Assembly (NCBI RefSeq): GCF_006345805.1
Contig: NC_043000.1
Location: forward strand, 157,232,001-157,296,000
Direction: 5' to 3'
DNA length: 64,000 nucleotides
Source of the DNA: Octopus sinensis
Lineage: Eukaryota
The notes under the pieces were generated by a model. The model did no database searches and had not been told where the DNA came from. It saw nothing but the letters and a program-made list of their open reading frames with translations. This document shows, one piece after another, positions 41,011-53,409 of the stretch (position 1 is its first letter; every line of letters begins with the position of its first letter). Made by a program: the position numbers and the translations under genes.

Positions 41011-41109
41011 TCCAATAACAACAATACAAAGTATATTTAATGACATGAAATTAGTTACCCGATAGTAAGAATTCAAATAAATCAGCCCCGAAAAGGGATT
41101 TAATGCGTT

Positions 41110-41382
41110 CTCAGAGTATATAGAACTTAGGAGGAAACACCAATGAGGTATGTATAAAAAAATTATTTTCGCTATTGCAGTCTATCGTCCTTGGCCGAGA
41201 TGAAGCAGTCGGCAGAGTGGGGACAGCACAGTGACCTCCTGTTCGTGGTCTTGTATAGCACTTTATTCCAAAGTTTGGTACCAGTCCTTCCAGTACCTTC
41301 CATATATATATGTGTACACACACACACATATATATATATATAATATATATATATAATATATATTATATATATATATATATGT

Positions 41383-41457
<75 letters not shown>

Positions 41458-41489
41458 TACATATACACATACATACATACATACATACA

Positions 41490-41525
<36 letters not shown>

Positions 41526-42240
41526 TATATATGTCACTGCATACCTCTCCCGTCTTCGTTCCAGGGAATAGAGTCGTAGCTCTTTCAATCTTTTCCAGTA
41601 GCTCAGTCGTTGCATTGAGGCAATATTCTTTGTGTAATGTCGTTGAACTACTTCAAGCTCTGCTATCGTCCTTGTAGTATAAAGTGATCATAGATGAGAG
41701 TAGTTGTCCAGTCGGATGAGGATAAATGACTTCCATAGTATCATCATAGTTTATTGGTCCCTTGTCCGGAAGGTTCTCAGAATCCAACAGGCCAGTCTTC
41801 TGGATACTGATACCATTTAGTTGATATGTGTGTGAAATGAGGTATTGTTGCTCATTTCTATTCCAAGATCACCCACTGTATTTGATTCTGGGATCATTGC
41901 TCCATTTGGTCAAACATACTGATGGGATTCCTGAGCAGTGCTTAACTGGTAGCGGAGGGCCTGGAATTTACTTGCATTAAATTGCATGTTGTTATCCTCA
42001 GCCCATGTATAAATAGCATCTAGATCTTTCTGCAAGAGTGTAGGATGAGAGGTTTCCTTGACTGACTGTGCAACTTTTGTGTCGTCGGCATAGCTGGTAA
42101 GCATGGCTACCTCTGTCACTGATGGCATATCTGATAGGGTTACCATGAAAAACAGTGGCCCCAGCACAGTGCTCTGGGGCACCCCACTCACAATTGCTGT
42201 CTCTGTGGAGAAAGCTTCGTTAGCTGCTACAGTTTGGAAG
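41110..42240 (-). mobile_element. CR1-type LINE remnant (RT to C-terminus), split by a microsatellite
   Basis: GVPQSTVLGPLFF, SYADDTKV, LQKDLDAIYTWAEDNNMQFNASKF, LSYWKRLKELRLYSLERRRERYAV[repeat]IYIWKVLEGLVPN. Confidence 0.9.
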
Positions 42241-42248
42241 TGAAAAAG

Positions 42249-42286
42249 CCTTTAATATTTCGAGCGTGCGCTCTTTCACAGAAAGG
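42249..42286 (-). ncRNA. Degenerate hammerhead motif
   Basis: CCTTT-CTGTGAA-A-GAGCG ca CGCTC-GAAAT-ATT-AAAGG. Helices intact, core altered. Confidence 0.35.
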
Positions 42287-42644
42287 AACACAGAAAGAAA
42301 CAAGGAGAAAAAATAAAGAATGTGTAGTGGCTAGCGATCTATCATGGTGAATGCCGGGCATCGGGGTCACTTAGGAGGACTAGGAAGAAGGCGAGATAAT
42401 AAAGTGGTAGTGATCCCAAAACAAAGGTGCGCGTGCGTGTGTATAAGTGAGTATGTATGTACGTGTGGAAGAGGGCTGGTGACCTTGACGTCTGCGTGTG
42501 TGTATGTGTAGGTGTGTGGATGTTGTGTTGGGAAGTGGTCAGTGCTAGTGTGTGCGTGGTGGTGTGATGTTGTATGTTGTGTTTTTGTGGTATGGTGGTG
42601 TATGGTGTAGTGGTATGTGGTGTGGTGTGAAGATATGCATATGG

Positions 42645-42724
<80 letters not shown>

Positions 42725-42822
42725 ACGGGAAGCTTTATGAAAATAAACAAAAGACGAAGGCAGGTGGAAAACAAACGAACAATTGTATTAGTATGGCGCT
42801 CAGGAAATATAAATAAAACAAG

Positions 42823-42860
42823 TCTTTAACGTTTCGAGCCTACGCTCTTCAACAGAAAGA
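42823..42860 (-). ncRNA. Hammerhead-like motif with a CUGUUGA core
   Basis: TCTTT-CTGTTGA-A-GAGC gtag GCTC-GAAAC-GTT-AAAGA; 5-bp helix I. Confidence 0.5.
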
Positions 42861-43179
42861 TACACAGAGAGAGAAAAACACAGAAAGAAGGAGAGAAAAA
42901 AATGCGTGCAGTAGCTAACGAATCAACATGTATATACATACATATATACACACACATATATATATATATACACATAAGCATACATACATATTTATATACA
43001 TACATATTTATATACATACATATATATATACATATATACATACATATACATACATATATACATGCATACATACATATATACACATACATAAATATACTTA
43101 TATACATACATGCATACATACACACACACGCACACATATATATATATACATGTATATACATACATATATATATATATGT

Positions 43180-43217
<38 letters not shown>

Positions 43218-43226
43218 ACATACATA

Positions 43227-43276
<50 letters not shown>

Positions 43277-43539
43277 AGTTAAATTATGCAAACACTATAT
43301 ATGAGAGAGATTTTCTTTAAGTATTAGAAATAGCCTTAAAAAAGTTTTTTAGCTGCTATTTCTAATGAGTTCAGTATGCGGCAAAGTAATTTATTTTACT
43401 AAGCCCTTTTATATAATGTAATAATTTGAATTCGCCTTGAATGGTCCCTTTGCATACTGAACACTTGGTGAAATTGATTAATAATTAATTAATTTTGCCC
43501 TCAATTGTTGAAATCATATATATATACATATATATACAC

Positions 43540-45270
43540 TCCCATTAATCCGCTCCAAAGGGCAATGAACGCCGAGATTGATGTGCTACACTTGTCGGAA
43601 ACAGCACGCACAAAAACCAAGGCCGAAAGGTACTGTTCCATAGCACGCATGGATGTAATCTATAAATTATATACACGTTGCTTGAATGCAGTCCACCAGA
43701 ATCACTTCAAAGCACACAACGTAGTAAAAGAGCCGGGAAGAGAGAATTTTAGAGCTGGACCGAGCGACTCTTCCTCAACAAAACTGTCCTTAAGCAAGAG
43801 AACCAGCACTGCTGAAGCCTGCTGATTGTAAAACTAGACTGACTCTTTTCCCCACTCATGGAGAATAGTGTTGCTACGCGTTGCTAAGGTTCCAGCTCCT
43901 GTAGTAAATGCCATTAAGAGGTTGGGAACAACATGGTCCTCAGAAATATCGTTAAGAACTGAGGCTGGCACTATAGACACTAGCAGAATAAGGCTATCAA
44001 CAGAAATATTTCACGATGACTGCTTATCTGTAATACTTTCCGCCCTAGCTCTGGATACTTTGCTAGCCTTGCTAAGGAGATACAAAGATATATATGGCAG
44101 AGGCTGCAGATGAAAGATTTGCTTCGTCCACACCTTGTTTGTTGATATCTTATGGCGTACTTGAGTAATATTCATAACATTGAGAAGGAGTTAGACCCGG
44201 TCACAACATTCTCATAGGAGTGACGTTTGGCCTGGAGAAGTGTTCCTATTTAGTTCTCAAACTAGGAAAGATTGCTGATCAGATAGGGAACACAAATATC
44301 AATGTTCTGTCTATCTCCATTATCATTAGTGAAGAGTTATGCAAATGCATTAGAACTGATGAGAATACTGCATATGTTGCTGTTGTGACAAAAGAATTCT
44401 TCAGAAGATATGGAAGTCAGGTTTGTTTACATTCAATAAAACAATACTCCACCATGTTTTCGCAGTGCCAATGCTAATATCAATATTTGGGATATTTCAC
44501 TGGAAACTTGAAGAAATCTGCAACTTGAACATAAGGACTAGAAAGATATTAACTATGACTAGAAGCTTCTATAACAACTGTGACACTGATAAGATCTACT
44601 GTAAACGGAGGGATGTAGGCAGATATATACAAGTCATCCCGCGGGCCGCATGCGGCCCTCGATGATTTTCTAGGTTACTAATTTCATACTAAGACAAATA
44701 AAATGAAGAACTGCAAAAAGTTCTGTGTAAAGTGGGCAAGTAATATTTCATGCATAAGTGTTTTATCATGCGGGCCTTCTCCCGATGCGGCCCCCAGTTG
44801 ACGAAAAGTGGCCCATCCCTAAGACAGCCTTTGAGTGTTCTATCTTGTCACTTAGAAAACACCTGCAGAACAGTAAGGAGAAATAAGTGTGGCACATGGA
44901 AACTCTAATAAAGGCAATGGCATCATAAGATCAGAGGAACTCAGGAATAAATACTGTGAGGACATAGTTTTCTCATGTGATCTAAGAACGGATAAACTGA
45001 CTGACTTAAACAGAATTTGATGAGAAACACTCATCATACTAGCAGAAAATTATGCATGAATACCTATTCCGCAGGCTGGAGAATACTAACGACATTGACA
45101 AGAATGGTAGTCTCTCCTTGACCTGCGATAAGTAAAACACAGCTTATCTAGAAATGTTTACTTTTGCCATCCACGAACAAGAAATAGCTACTAAACAAAA
45201 ATGATACGGATGCATTTAAACATCCACGCTGCGATAGAACGTGTCAATTATGTCATACCTGTGTGACCAG
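43540..45270 (+). mobile_element. Heavily decayed R4/Dong-type (RLE-class) non-LTR retrotransposon
   Basis: YKLYTRCLN, DSFPHSW, EIFHDDCLS (GIFQGDSLS), HTLFVD, TFGLEKC, FAVPML, IRTRKILTM, TDKIYCKRRDVGR, FAIHEQEIATK, CQLCHTC. Confidence 0.75.
44633..44820. mobile_element. hAT-like MITE inserted in the R4/Dong remnant
   Basis: CCCGCGGGCCGCATGCGGCCC near the left end and CGGCCC...AAAAGTGGCCCATCCCT at the right end. The left TIR is incomplete. Confidence 0.55.
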
Positions 45271-46242
45271 TAGATATTTCAAAATGTTTCCAAGATAGTA
45301 CTTTCCTATGAGATATGACACTTCTACCAAGACAATTTACAATACTTTTCACAAGAAAGATTGTTTTGATGACCAAATGAAAAGAACACCAAGCTACAGA
45401 TTTTCATACGTTTCTGTTAACATTGGTGCGTCTGGCTGCGTTACAACTGACCCACTTGGAGACCTACACAAATTAATGTTGTCAGCGTTTAGAATTAACT
45501 CCTCCCGTTTAATACTTTTATCCACTAAACTATTTGCATTTCTTTTCGCTAACGCAGAATATCTCTACTATGCATACTATATCAGAATAAAATACGGAAT
45601 GGCTATAGCTGAAACGCTTTGATCATTGGTCTCATCAAAATTGGCTTGGGGTATATGACAACAACAACAATTACCCCAACAACAATTACAGCGACAACAA
45701 CAACAACAGCAAATATCTTTTCCTGATTTGATTTCTCACGCTCTCATCTTCCATTCGAATATTCTACAAAGATATATCATGTCATTTCCAGGGCACAATG
45801 TCATATCGTCTGGAAGACTCTCAATAAATCCAACCGTTCGATTAGCAGAGTAGAGATAAAGTTTGACCTTGTGTAATTTTCCATTCAACGCTTTAGCATA
45901 GGTCAGTATACCTTATTAACTCGCATCATTATCAGACTATCAACTAAAAGCAGACGTCTATGCATAATTTCTAATGCATTATTATATTGTCTGTTTTCAT
46001 TTGTATAATGTTTTTATGTTAAATGATGTTTGTGAAAATTATTGTGGCAGATAAATGCATATTGTTTCTGCTTCAGCTGATAAGCATCTTCCTCGCTAGT
46101 CGAACATAATTGTAGTAGAGTTAATTATAGTACAACTCGTAAATATGTTAATAGCCAAACAAAGAATACACACACATATACGCACATATATAGATGAAAA
46201 ATGTACACACATACATATATATATATACACACACACACACAG

Positions 46243-46450
46243 ACGAGGTGGGTGCTGAAAAGTTCCTGGCTTTGGGTAACAGAAACTACTGAATGATCAA
46301 TTAATTATGGTTTTATTCAACATATTCTCCTCTCAGATTAGCACACTTACTGCAGCGGTCCTTCAGTTTTTTCTAAGCTCTTTAAAGAACTCGGAAGGTT
46401 GGGCCTCCGACCAGGCCTTTCGAGTCACCCTTAAAGCTAGGAACTTTTCA
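46243..46450. mobile_element. Mariner-derived MITE
   Basis: 18-bp IR TGAAAAGTTCCTGGCTTT (46256-73) / AAAGCTAGGAACTTTTCA (46433-50), one mismatch. Confidence 0.75.
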
Positions 46451-46504
<54 letters not shown>

Positions 46505-46545
46505 CCTACCTATCTATCTGTCTGTCTGTCTGTCTGTCTGCCTGC

Positions 46546-46577
<32 letters not shown>

Positions 46578-46610
46578 TTTTATTGTAAATGCCTTTTGAT
46601 ACAAATATTT

Positions 46611-47022
46611 GCAGGAGTGGCTGTGTGGTAAGTAGCTTGTCTACCAACCACATGGCTCCGGGTTCAGTCCCACTGCGTGGCATCTTGAGCAAGTGTCTTC
46701 TGCTATAGCCTCGGGCCGACCAAAGCCTTGTGAGTGGATTTGGTAGACGGAAACTGGAAGAAGCCCGTCGTATATATGTATATATATATGTGTGTGTGTG
46801 TGTGTATGTGTGTGTGTTTGTGTGTTTGTCCCCCTAGCATTGCTTGACAACCGATGCTGGTGTGTTTACGTCCCCGTCACTTAGCGGTTCGGCAAAAGAG
46901 ACCGATAGAATAAGTACTGGGCTTACAAAGAATAAGTCCCGGGGTCGATTTGCTCGACTAAAGGCGGTGCTCCAGCATGGCCGCAGTCAAATGACTGAAA
47001 CAGGTAAAAGATAAAGATAAAG
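46611..47022 (+). mobile_element. SINE family A, full length
   Basis: Near-identical to 12995-13403. Confidence 0.88.
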
Positions 47023-47339
47023 AAGATATTAGAAATATTTCATTTTCAGACGAGGGAATTTTCATTGTTCTAAAAATGGCATAGTATAGTCAGTAATATT
47101 ACCTGTTTTTAGAGTTTCTATGTTCTGAGATCAAACCCTACTGAAGTCAAGTTTATGTTTCGTTCTTTCGGAGGAAGTAAAGAATGAACCGAAAGCCGTT
47201 TATTTGGGGGAATTGTTATAATATTGGATCTGATAAATTTGTTGCAGCCTTTGAGTTCAAATCTTGCCAAGGCCTATTTTTTTTTTACTACAGTTCATCA
47301 CGTAGAATCTTCTTTCGAACCTTTTCACTATATATATAT

Positions 47340-47535
47340 ATTCTTTTATTCGTTTCAGTCATTTGACTCCGGCCATGCTGGAGCACCGCCTTTCAGTTTC
47401 CGTGTACTAGATTCACTCACAAGGATTTAGTCGGCCCGAGGCTATAGTAGAAAATACTTGCCCAAGGTGTCATACAGTGAGACTGAACCCGGAAACATGT
47501 GGTTGGGAAGCAACCTTCTTACCACGCAACAACGC
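47340..47535 (-). mobile_element. SINE family A, internally deleted
   Basis: Tail and head segments joined, central part absent. Confidence 0.65.
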
Positions 47536-47542
47536 TTGCGCA

Positions 47543-47601
<59 letters not shown>

Positions 47602-47620
47602 ATGTATGTTTGTATGTATG

Positions 47621-47657
<37 letters not shown>

Positions 47658-48309
47658 GAAGCGAGAGAACAATCTGTGTATCATACTTAAAGCAGATACA
47701 TTATTGGAAGCCAGATTTATAGCGGTATTTGTTTTGAGGAAGCATATCTTATAGGCATAAAGTGTTAAAACACGCAGGAATATATCGGCAGCTAGCAGAT
47801 ATAGTCAGCTATAGTCCAGCAGCGTTGGTAGCATTGCTAAATGAGCGTCCTGCCTCCTTGGATTTAGTAAGTAGTAAATATCCACTCGTAACCGCATGCT
47901 AAAGCAAAACTCTTTGTTACTGATATAGCAAAACAGTGACTGAAAACTCAAAAATGTCGCAATTGGGCGAGAAGCTGAATAAAAATTCGTCGTGTATGAC
48001 AGCTTCTGTTGCACATAGCGAATTATTAAATATACTTGTACATATATATATGTGTGTATTTATATGTACCTCTGTATGTGTGAGTGTGTAATTATGTTTT
48101 GTTGCTTTCACTAAGACATATAATTTTTATGGAGAACAATAAATAATTACATACATATTAGAAGGTGTAGTTTTTAGTTTCCAATTTTCACTTCCTCAAA
48201 AACTTGGTATAAAGTATATAAGCAGTGAAACAATGTAAATTATTGCATCTGTCTGGGGATTGGGTGGGGAGTATTCTGTACATAATATGAGGAGAAGCTG
48301 AATTTTTTT

Positions 48310-48600
48310 ATCGTATTTTACTTTTTGCATTATCTGTGAAGGCTCAGGGGATAGAGCTTCGGGCTCACAATCATGAGGTAGCGTGTTCAATTCCTGAACC
48401 GGGCTGTATTGTACTCTTGAGCAAGACGCTTTATTTCACCCTTTCCCTTGGATAACGTTGGTGACGTGGAGAGGGGAGGCTGGAATGCATGGGTGACTGC
48501 TGGTCTTCCATAAACAATCCTGTCCGGAATAGTGCTTCAGAGGGCAACTTTCTTGGTGCAATTCCATGGTCAATCATAACCAAAGGGTGGTGGGTGGTTG
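48310..48600 (+). mobile_element. Decayed tRNA-derived SINE
   Basis: GTTCAATTCCTG B-box followed by TCTTGAGCAAGAC.CTTTATTTCAC. Confidence 0.45.
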
Positions 48601-49669
48601 TCATCATTCATAACAATTTTACTTCCACGTTTCCAGTCAACGAAACGATTAAAAGAGAAGGAGTGTAGCGATGTGTAAGCAAAAATATTCGCAAACTCAA
48701 TGATAAAGTATAAGTTAAATTTGATTGTTTATTGAGAAAACTGTTAAGTTTTAATTTCCTTCTGTCACATTGGTCTGGAAGAAAGGACTGTACCAGATAT
48801 CTCGACAAGAACCCTGAACCAGTAAGATCAACACTTCACGCATTCAGGCTTTCATTACGGTGTCACGCCTCTAACTCTTTTCTTTACGGCAAGCAATCAA
48901 AACTTGATGTCTTGACGGTTCATTATATTTCGATGTGATTGCAAATATTCTCGCTAATAAATTGTTTCGCCGCTTCCATACTCCTCTCTTCTAATTCTAA
49001 ATATAGGAAACACGAACGTTAGCTTTTAATAAAATATGCACACTATAATTTATGCATTGAATACCCATTTTGTAGACAAAAATTTCACCAATCCACACAT
49101 ACACATTCACACACACACACACACACACACGCACACACACACACGCACACGCACACACACACACACACGCACACACGCACACACACACGCACACACACGC
49201 ACGTGCACACACACGCACACACATACATACACACATATACACGCACACACACACGCACACACACACGCACACACACACACATACACACACACGCACACAC
49301 ACACACATACACACACGCACACACACACACACACACAGACACATACACACACACACGAACAAACGCGCACAAGCATACACTTATGCAAAAATTTATTACG
49401 TAGATGGTAATATATCTATCTCGTTTTATCATTTTTATTTCTGTAGTTTCCTGCAGACGCTTAGTCTATTTATACGTTTGGACTTCACACAAGTTTAATT
49501 GAAACTTAAACTTTAGCGAAATGGAATGACACCAGGAATCGGTACAATCTACGTAGAACAGGGAAGTAGTGTGATAGAGATGCAATAATCTCATTTAATA
49601 TCATGGACGTACACACATATACACACATACAGCTATGATCATTTATGCTAGTTTTAGTTTCAGCCCCAG

Positions 49670-49802
49670 GTAAGCCTCAAATCAAGTTGCTTTGTAATCT
49701 CAGTATCATATTGTAGGACTACATTTTCTAATAAGTCAATTCAGATTTTATGACGTTATTTTATGATTTGATAAATATTTGGCTTTTTCTTTTTTCTTGC
49801 AG
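49670..49802 (+). other. Candidate 133-nt spliceosomal intron
   Basis: Donor CAG|GTAAGC and acceptor GGCTTTTTCTTTTTTCTTGCAG|TTC. No transcript evidence. Confidence 0.3.
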
Positions 49803-50034
49803 TTCAAGCGACCGCAAAGGTTAACACTCGCTGACGCTGCGTGTATGCGTTTTTCAAAAGTTTTACAGCGCACATTGTTGACGTCATATATATGTGAAAG
49901 GAGCCTTTCTTTAAAGTGTGTGTAAGTATGCGCGTGTTCACGTATGCGTATGTGTATTTATGTGTGCTTGTAATCATCTATGTATGTGTGTGTGTGTGTA
50001 TATGCACTAGACAAAGTAATAGCAAATTTACTTT

Positions 50035-50590
50035 TTAAACTAATGGATGAATTTTTCCTGATACAGCTAGTGCTCGAACCAATAAGACAGAATAAAACGA
50101 CCTTGGATCTAATGTTAACCAACTACTCTAGCTCCATCCACAGTATTTCAGTTGAAAGAAACTCTCCTCTCGGACCACGACATGATACTCTGCAACTTTA
50201 TCAAAACCAAACTAGCCAATCCCATTCCACTGCACTTATTTGATAACATAAACTTCCACAAAGCGTCCTTTACCCAGTTCAGGATCACAACAAGTAAATA
50301 CATTGCAACACAATTTCTTTTCTTCAACAGGCCCTGCCCTATTTAACACTTTCCCGAAACAGACCAAAGGGGAAAAGGATCCCATCACCTTTAAACCGAA
50401 TCTGGACAAATTTCTTCAAGGAATACCAGATAAGCCACCTATACCTGGATACAACTTACTCGATAAGAACTCTCTATTTGAATGGACCACGACACCACAA
50501 AACTTGACTTAAAAAGGATTTAGATAATCCTATCAGGTAGCGCTATTAAACTAGTTATGGCCTGGACCAATCTTTGGTCGAAACGTATCT
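50035..50590 (+). mobile_element. CR1-type LINE derivative: endonuclease piece fused to the 3' end
   Basis: QLVLEPIRQNKTTLDLMLTN...LLSDHDMILCNF...NFHKA is joined directly to QHNFFSSTGPALFNTFP...LDKFLQGIPDKP. 3' stem GACCAA/TTGGTC. Confidence 0.75.
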
Positions 50591-50608
50591 AAGTTTATAT
50601 ATATATAT

Positions 50609-51017
50609 ACTCTTTTACTCTTTTAATTGTTTCAGTCATTTGACTGCGGCCATGCTGGAGCACCGCCTTTAATCGAGCAACTCGACCCCGGGACATATTC
50701 TTTTTGTAAGCCCAGTACTTATTCTATCGGTCTCTTTTGCCGAACAGCTAAGTAACGGGGACATAAACACACCAGCATCGGTTGTCAAGCAATGCTAGGA
50801 GGACAAACACACTCACACAAACACACACACGTATATATATATATACATATATACGACGAGCTTATTTCAGTTTCCGTCTACCAAATCCACTCACAAGGCT
50901 TTGGTCGGTCCGAGGCTATAGTAGAAGACACTTGCCCAAGGTGCCACGCAGCCGGACTGAACCCGGAACCATGTAGTTGGTAAACAAGATACTTACCACA
51001 CAGCCACTCCTGTGCCT
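50609..51017 (-). mobile_element. SINE family A, full length
   Basis: Reverse complement of 12995-13403. Confidence 0.88.
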
Positions 51018-51385
51018 ATATATATATACACGCATAATATTTTTTCTCTGTCTCATGATGCACACACGCACACACATACACGCACACATACACATACACA
51101 CACACACATTCTCTTTTTTCTTTCTCTGTATGATTGCATATAGTTATATTTAAATGTTTACTTAAATCTTGCAAAACGTTTCATCGAAAGACCAGCACAG
51201 CTGTATCTACATTCAGTTCGTGAAAGTTATCCTATGAAGAAGCTGCAACACATGTGCACAGTTCCAGGTAAGGCAATTTTCAAGTTGCAGGAAACAATTG
51301 AAATATAAGAACAATATTCTGCTGTCAAACATCTAAGGATTCGCAGACATCTTAACAACTCTAAGGATTATATTATATATGATGC

Positions 51386-51426
<41 letters not shown>

Positions 51427-51446
51427 TACTACTACTACTACTACTA

Positions 51447-51490
<44 letters not shown>

Positions 51491-51494
51491 AAAT

Positions 51495-51526
<32 letters not shown>

Positions 51527-51533
51527 ATGATAG

Positions 51534-51565
<32 letters not shown>

Positions 51566-51901
51566 AAATAATAATAATAATAATAATAATAATAGGGATT
51601 CTTTGGGGTTTGAATAATTCACCTTTGGAAACATGGGTGGTTCGTTCAACATCCTTAAACAACCCTTATTCAGGGACCTTTTGAGCGGGATGAGTTACTC
51701 GACCAGAAGAAAATTCTAACTGGGCCCCACCTGCAAGGTCATGTGCTGTTTATCTTAATATGAGATCACCATGTCGCGCACATATGGTTGTGATGCATGT
51801 GCCTAGTGTACCCTTATCAGACGGGTAGTCATGATGGGTATACTGGGCTTCGTATATTTTACCCCAGTGTCACTTTGATGGCATGAACTGCTCTCTCACT
51901 C

Positions 51902-51935
<34 letters not shown>

Positions 51936-52032
51936 TTAGGGAATATCATTCCAAACTTACAGGGAAAAATTCAATCTAGTAATACTAGATCAAATTTCAC
52001 AATATATAATACATGTATATAAAATTAGAATT

Positions 52033-52066
<34 letters not shown>

Positions 52067-52085
52067 ATATATATAATATATATAC

Positions 52086-52127
<42 letters not shown>

Positions 52128-52163
52128 TATATTATATATATATATATATATATAATATATATA

Positions 52164-52194
<31 letters not shown>

Positions 52195-52261
52195 CATTAT
52201 TAGTTCGTCAAGTATGAAATTTGGAGAAATAAAGTTTGCTAATGTTTTGTAAATACAGGGG

Positions 52262-52830
52262 ATAGTTTTATTCATCAAAGTATGTACCCATATTGGCAAT
52301 ACACTTTTGCCATTTCAGCAGTAGCATGTCTAGCCAGGAATTGTAAAAGCCTGGCAATCTAGAGTCAATAAAATCTTGGAAGCCCTGTTTCACAGCATCG
52401 TCGGAATTAAAATTTTTTCCTATCAAAAAAGTTATCCAAATTCTGGAAGAAGTGGTAGTCAGTGGAGGAAGAACAGGTGAGTATGGTCGGTGTTAGAGAA
52501 CTTCCAACTCCAACTCCTGGAGTTTCGCCAATATCATTTTTGCGAAGTGTGGTCTGCCGTTGTCTTGCAATAAAATAGGAGTGACTAATCTAAGCTTCTG
52601 CATCATTTGGTCCAGTTTGTTGCAGTATACTTCAGCCGTGATTGATGAGCCTGGTTCAATGAAATCATAATGCGTCAGATCACCAAACAAACACCATCAG
52701 CTTCTTTTGATGAATTTTACTTTTTGGACTGTGTTTTGGTGGCTCGTCTTTGTCATTTTTGCGATGTGTGGTCTGGAGTCGTCTTGCAATAAAATAGGAG
52801 TGGATCTTCTCCAACCATTGTGCTGAACGT
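52262..52830 (-). mobile_element. Mariner transposase remnant, rearranged
   Basis: PILLQDNGRPHFAKMILAKLQELELEVL*HRPYSP...KWQKCIANMGTYFDE*. A second copy of the ILLQDD.RPH segment lies at ~52745-52800. Confidence 0.8.
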
Positions 52831-53021
52831 TTAATATATATATATATACACGATACTAAGTATACATTAAGTGAAAACTAAAAACAATACTTAAATTATT
52901 CAATATTTTAAAATTAATTAATATACACAATGCTAGTACAAGTCATTAATATTGTAATCAAAATAAGAAATGGTTCAAATATAGACAAACTCATTGAATA
53001 AGCTAACTATATAATTAATAT

Positions 53022-53409
53022 GTGGAGGCGCAATGGCCCAGTGGTTAGAGCAGCGGACTCGCGATCATAGGATCGCGGTTTCGATTCCCAGACCGGGCGT
53101 TGTGAGTGTTTATTGAGCGAAAACACCTAAAGCTCCACGATTCTCCTGCAGGGGATGGTGGTGATCCCTGCTGTACTCTTTCACCACAACTTTCTCTCAC
53201 TCTTACTTCCTGTTTCTGTTGTACCTGTATTTCAAGGGGCCGGCCTTGTCACTCTCTGTGTCACGCTGAATATCCCCGAGAACTACGTTAAGGGTGCACG
53301 TGTCTGTGGAGTGCTCAGCCACTTATACGTTAATTTCACGAGCAGACTGTTCCGTTGATTCGGATCAACCGGAACCCTCATCGTCGTAACCGACGGAGTG
53401 CTTCCCCCC
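53022..53409 (+). mobile_element. tRNA-derived SINE family C, full length with a 12-bp TSD
   Basis: A box TGGCCCAGTGG, B box GGTTTCGATTCC. TSD TATAATTAATAT at 53010-53021 and 53410-53421. Confidence 0.9.

Noticed and set aside
50555-50592. GACCAA/TTGGTC stem followed by GAAACGTA
   Set aside because: No CUGANGA box and no helix I. Better explained as the CR1-type 3' stem-loop.
53024-53100. tRNA gene
   Set aside because: A and B boxes are present but no convincing cloverleaf. It continues into a repeat body with a TSD, so it is a SINE head.
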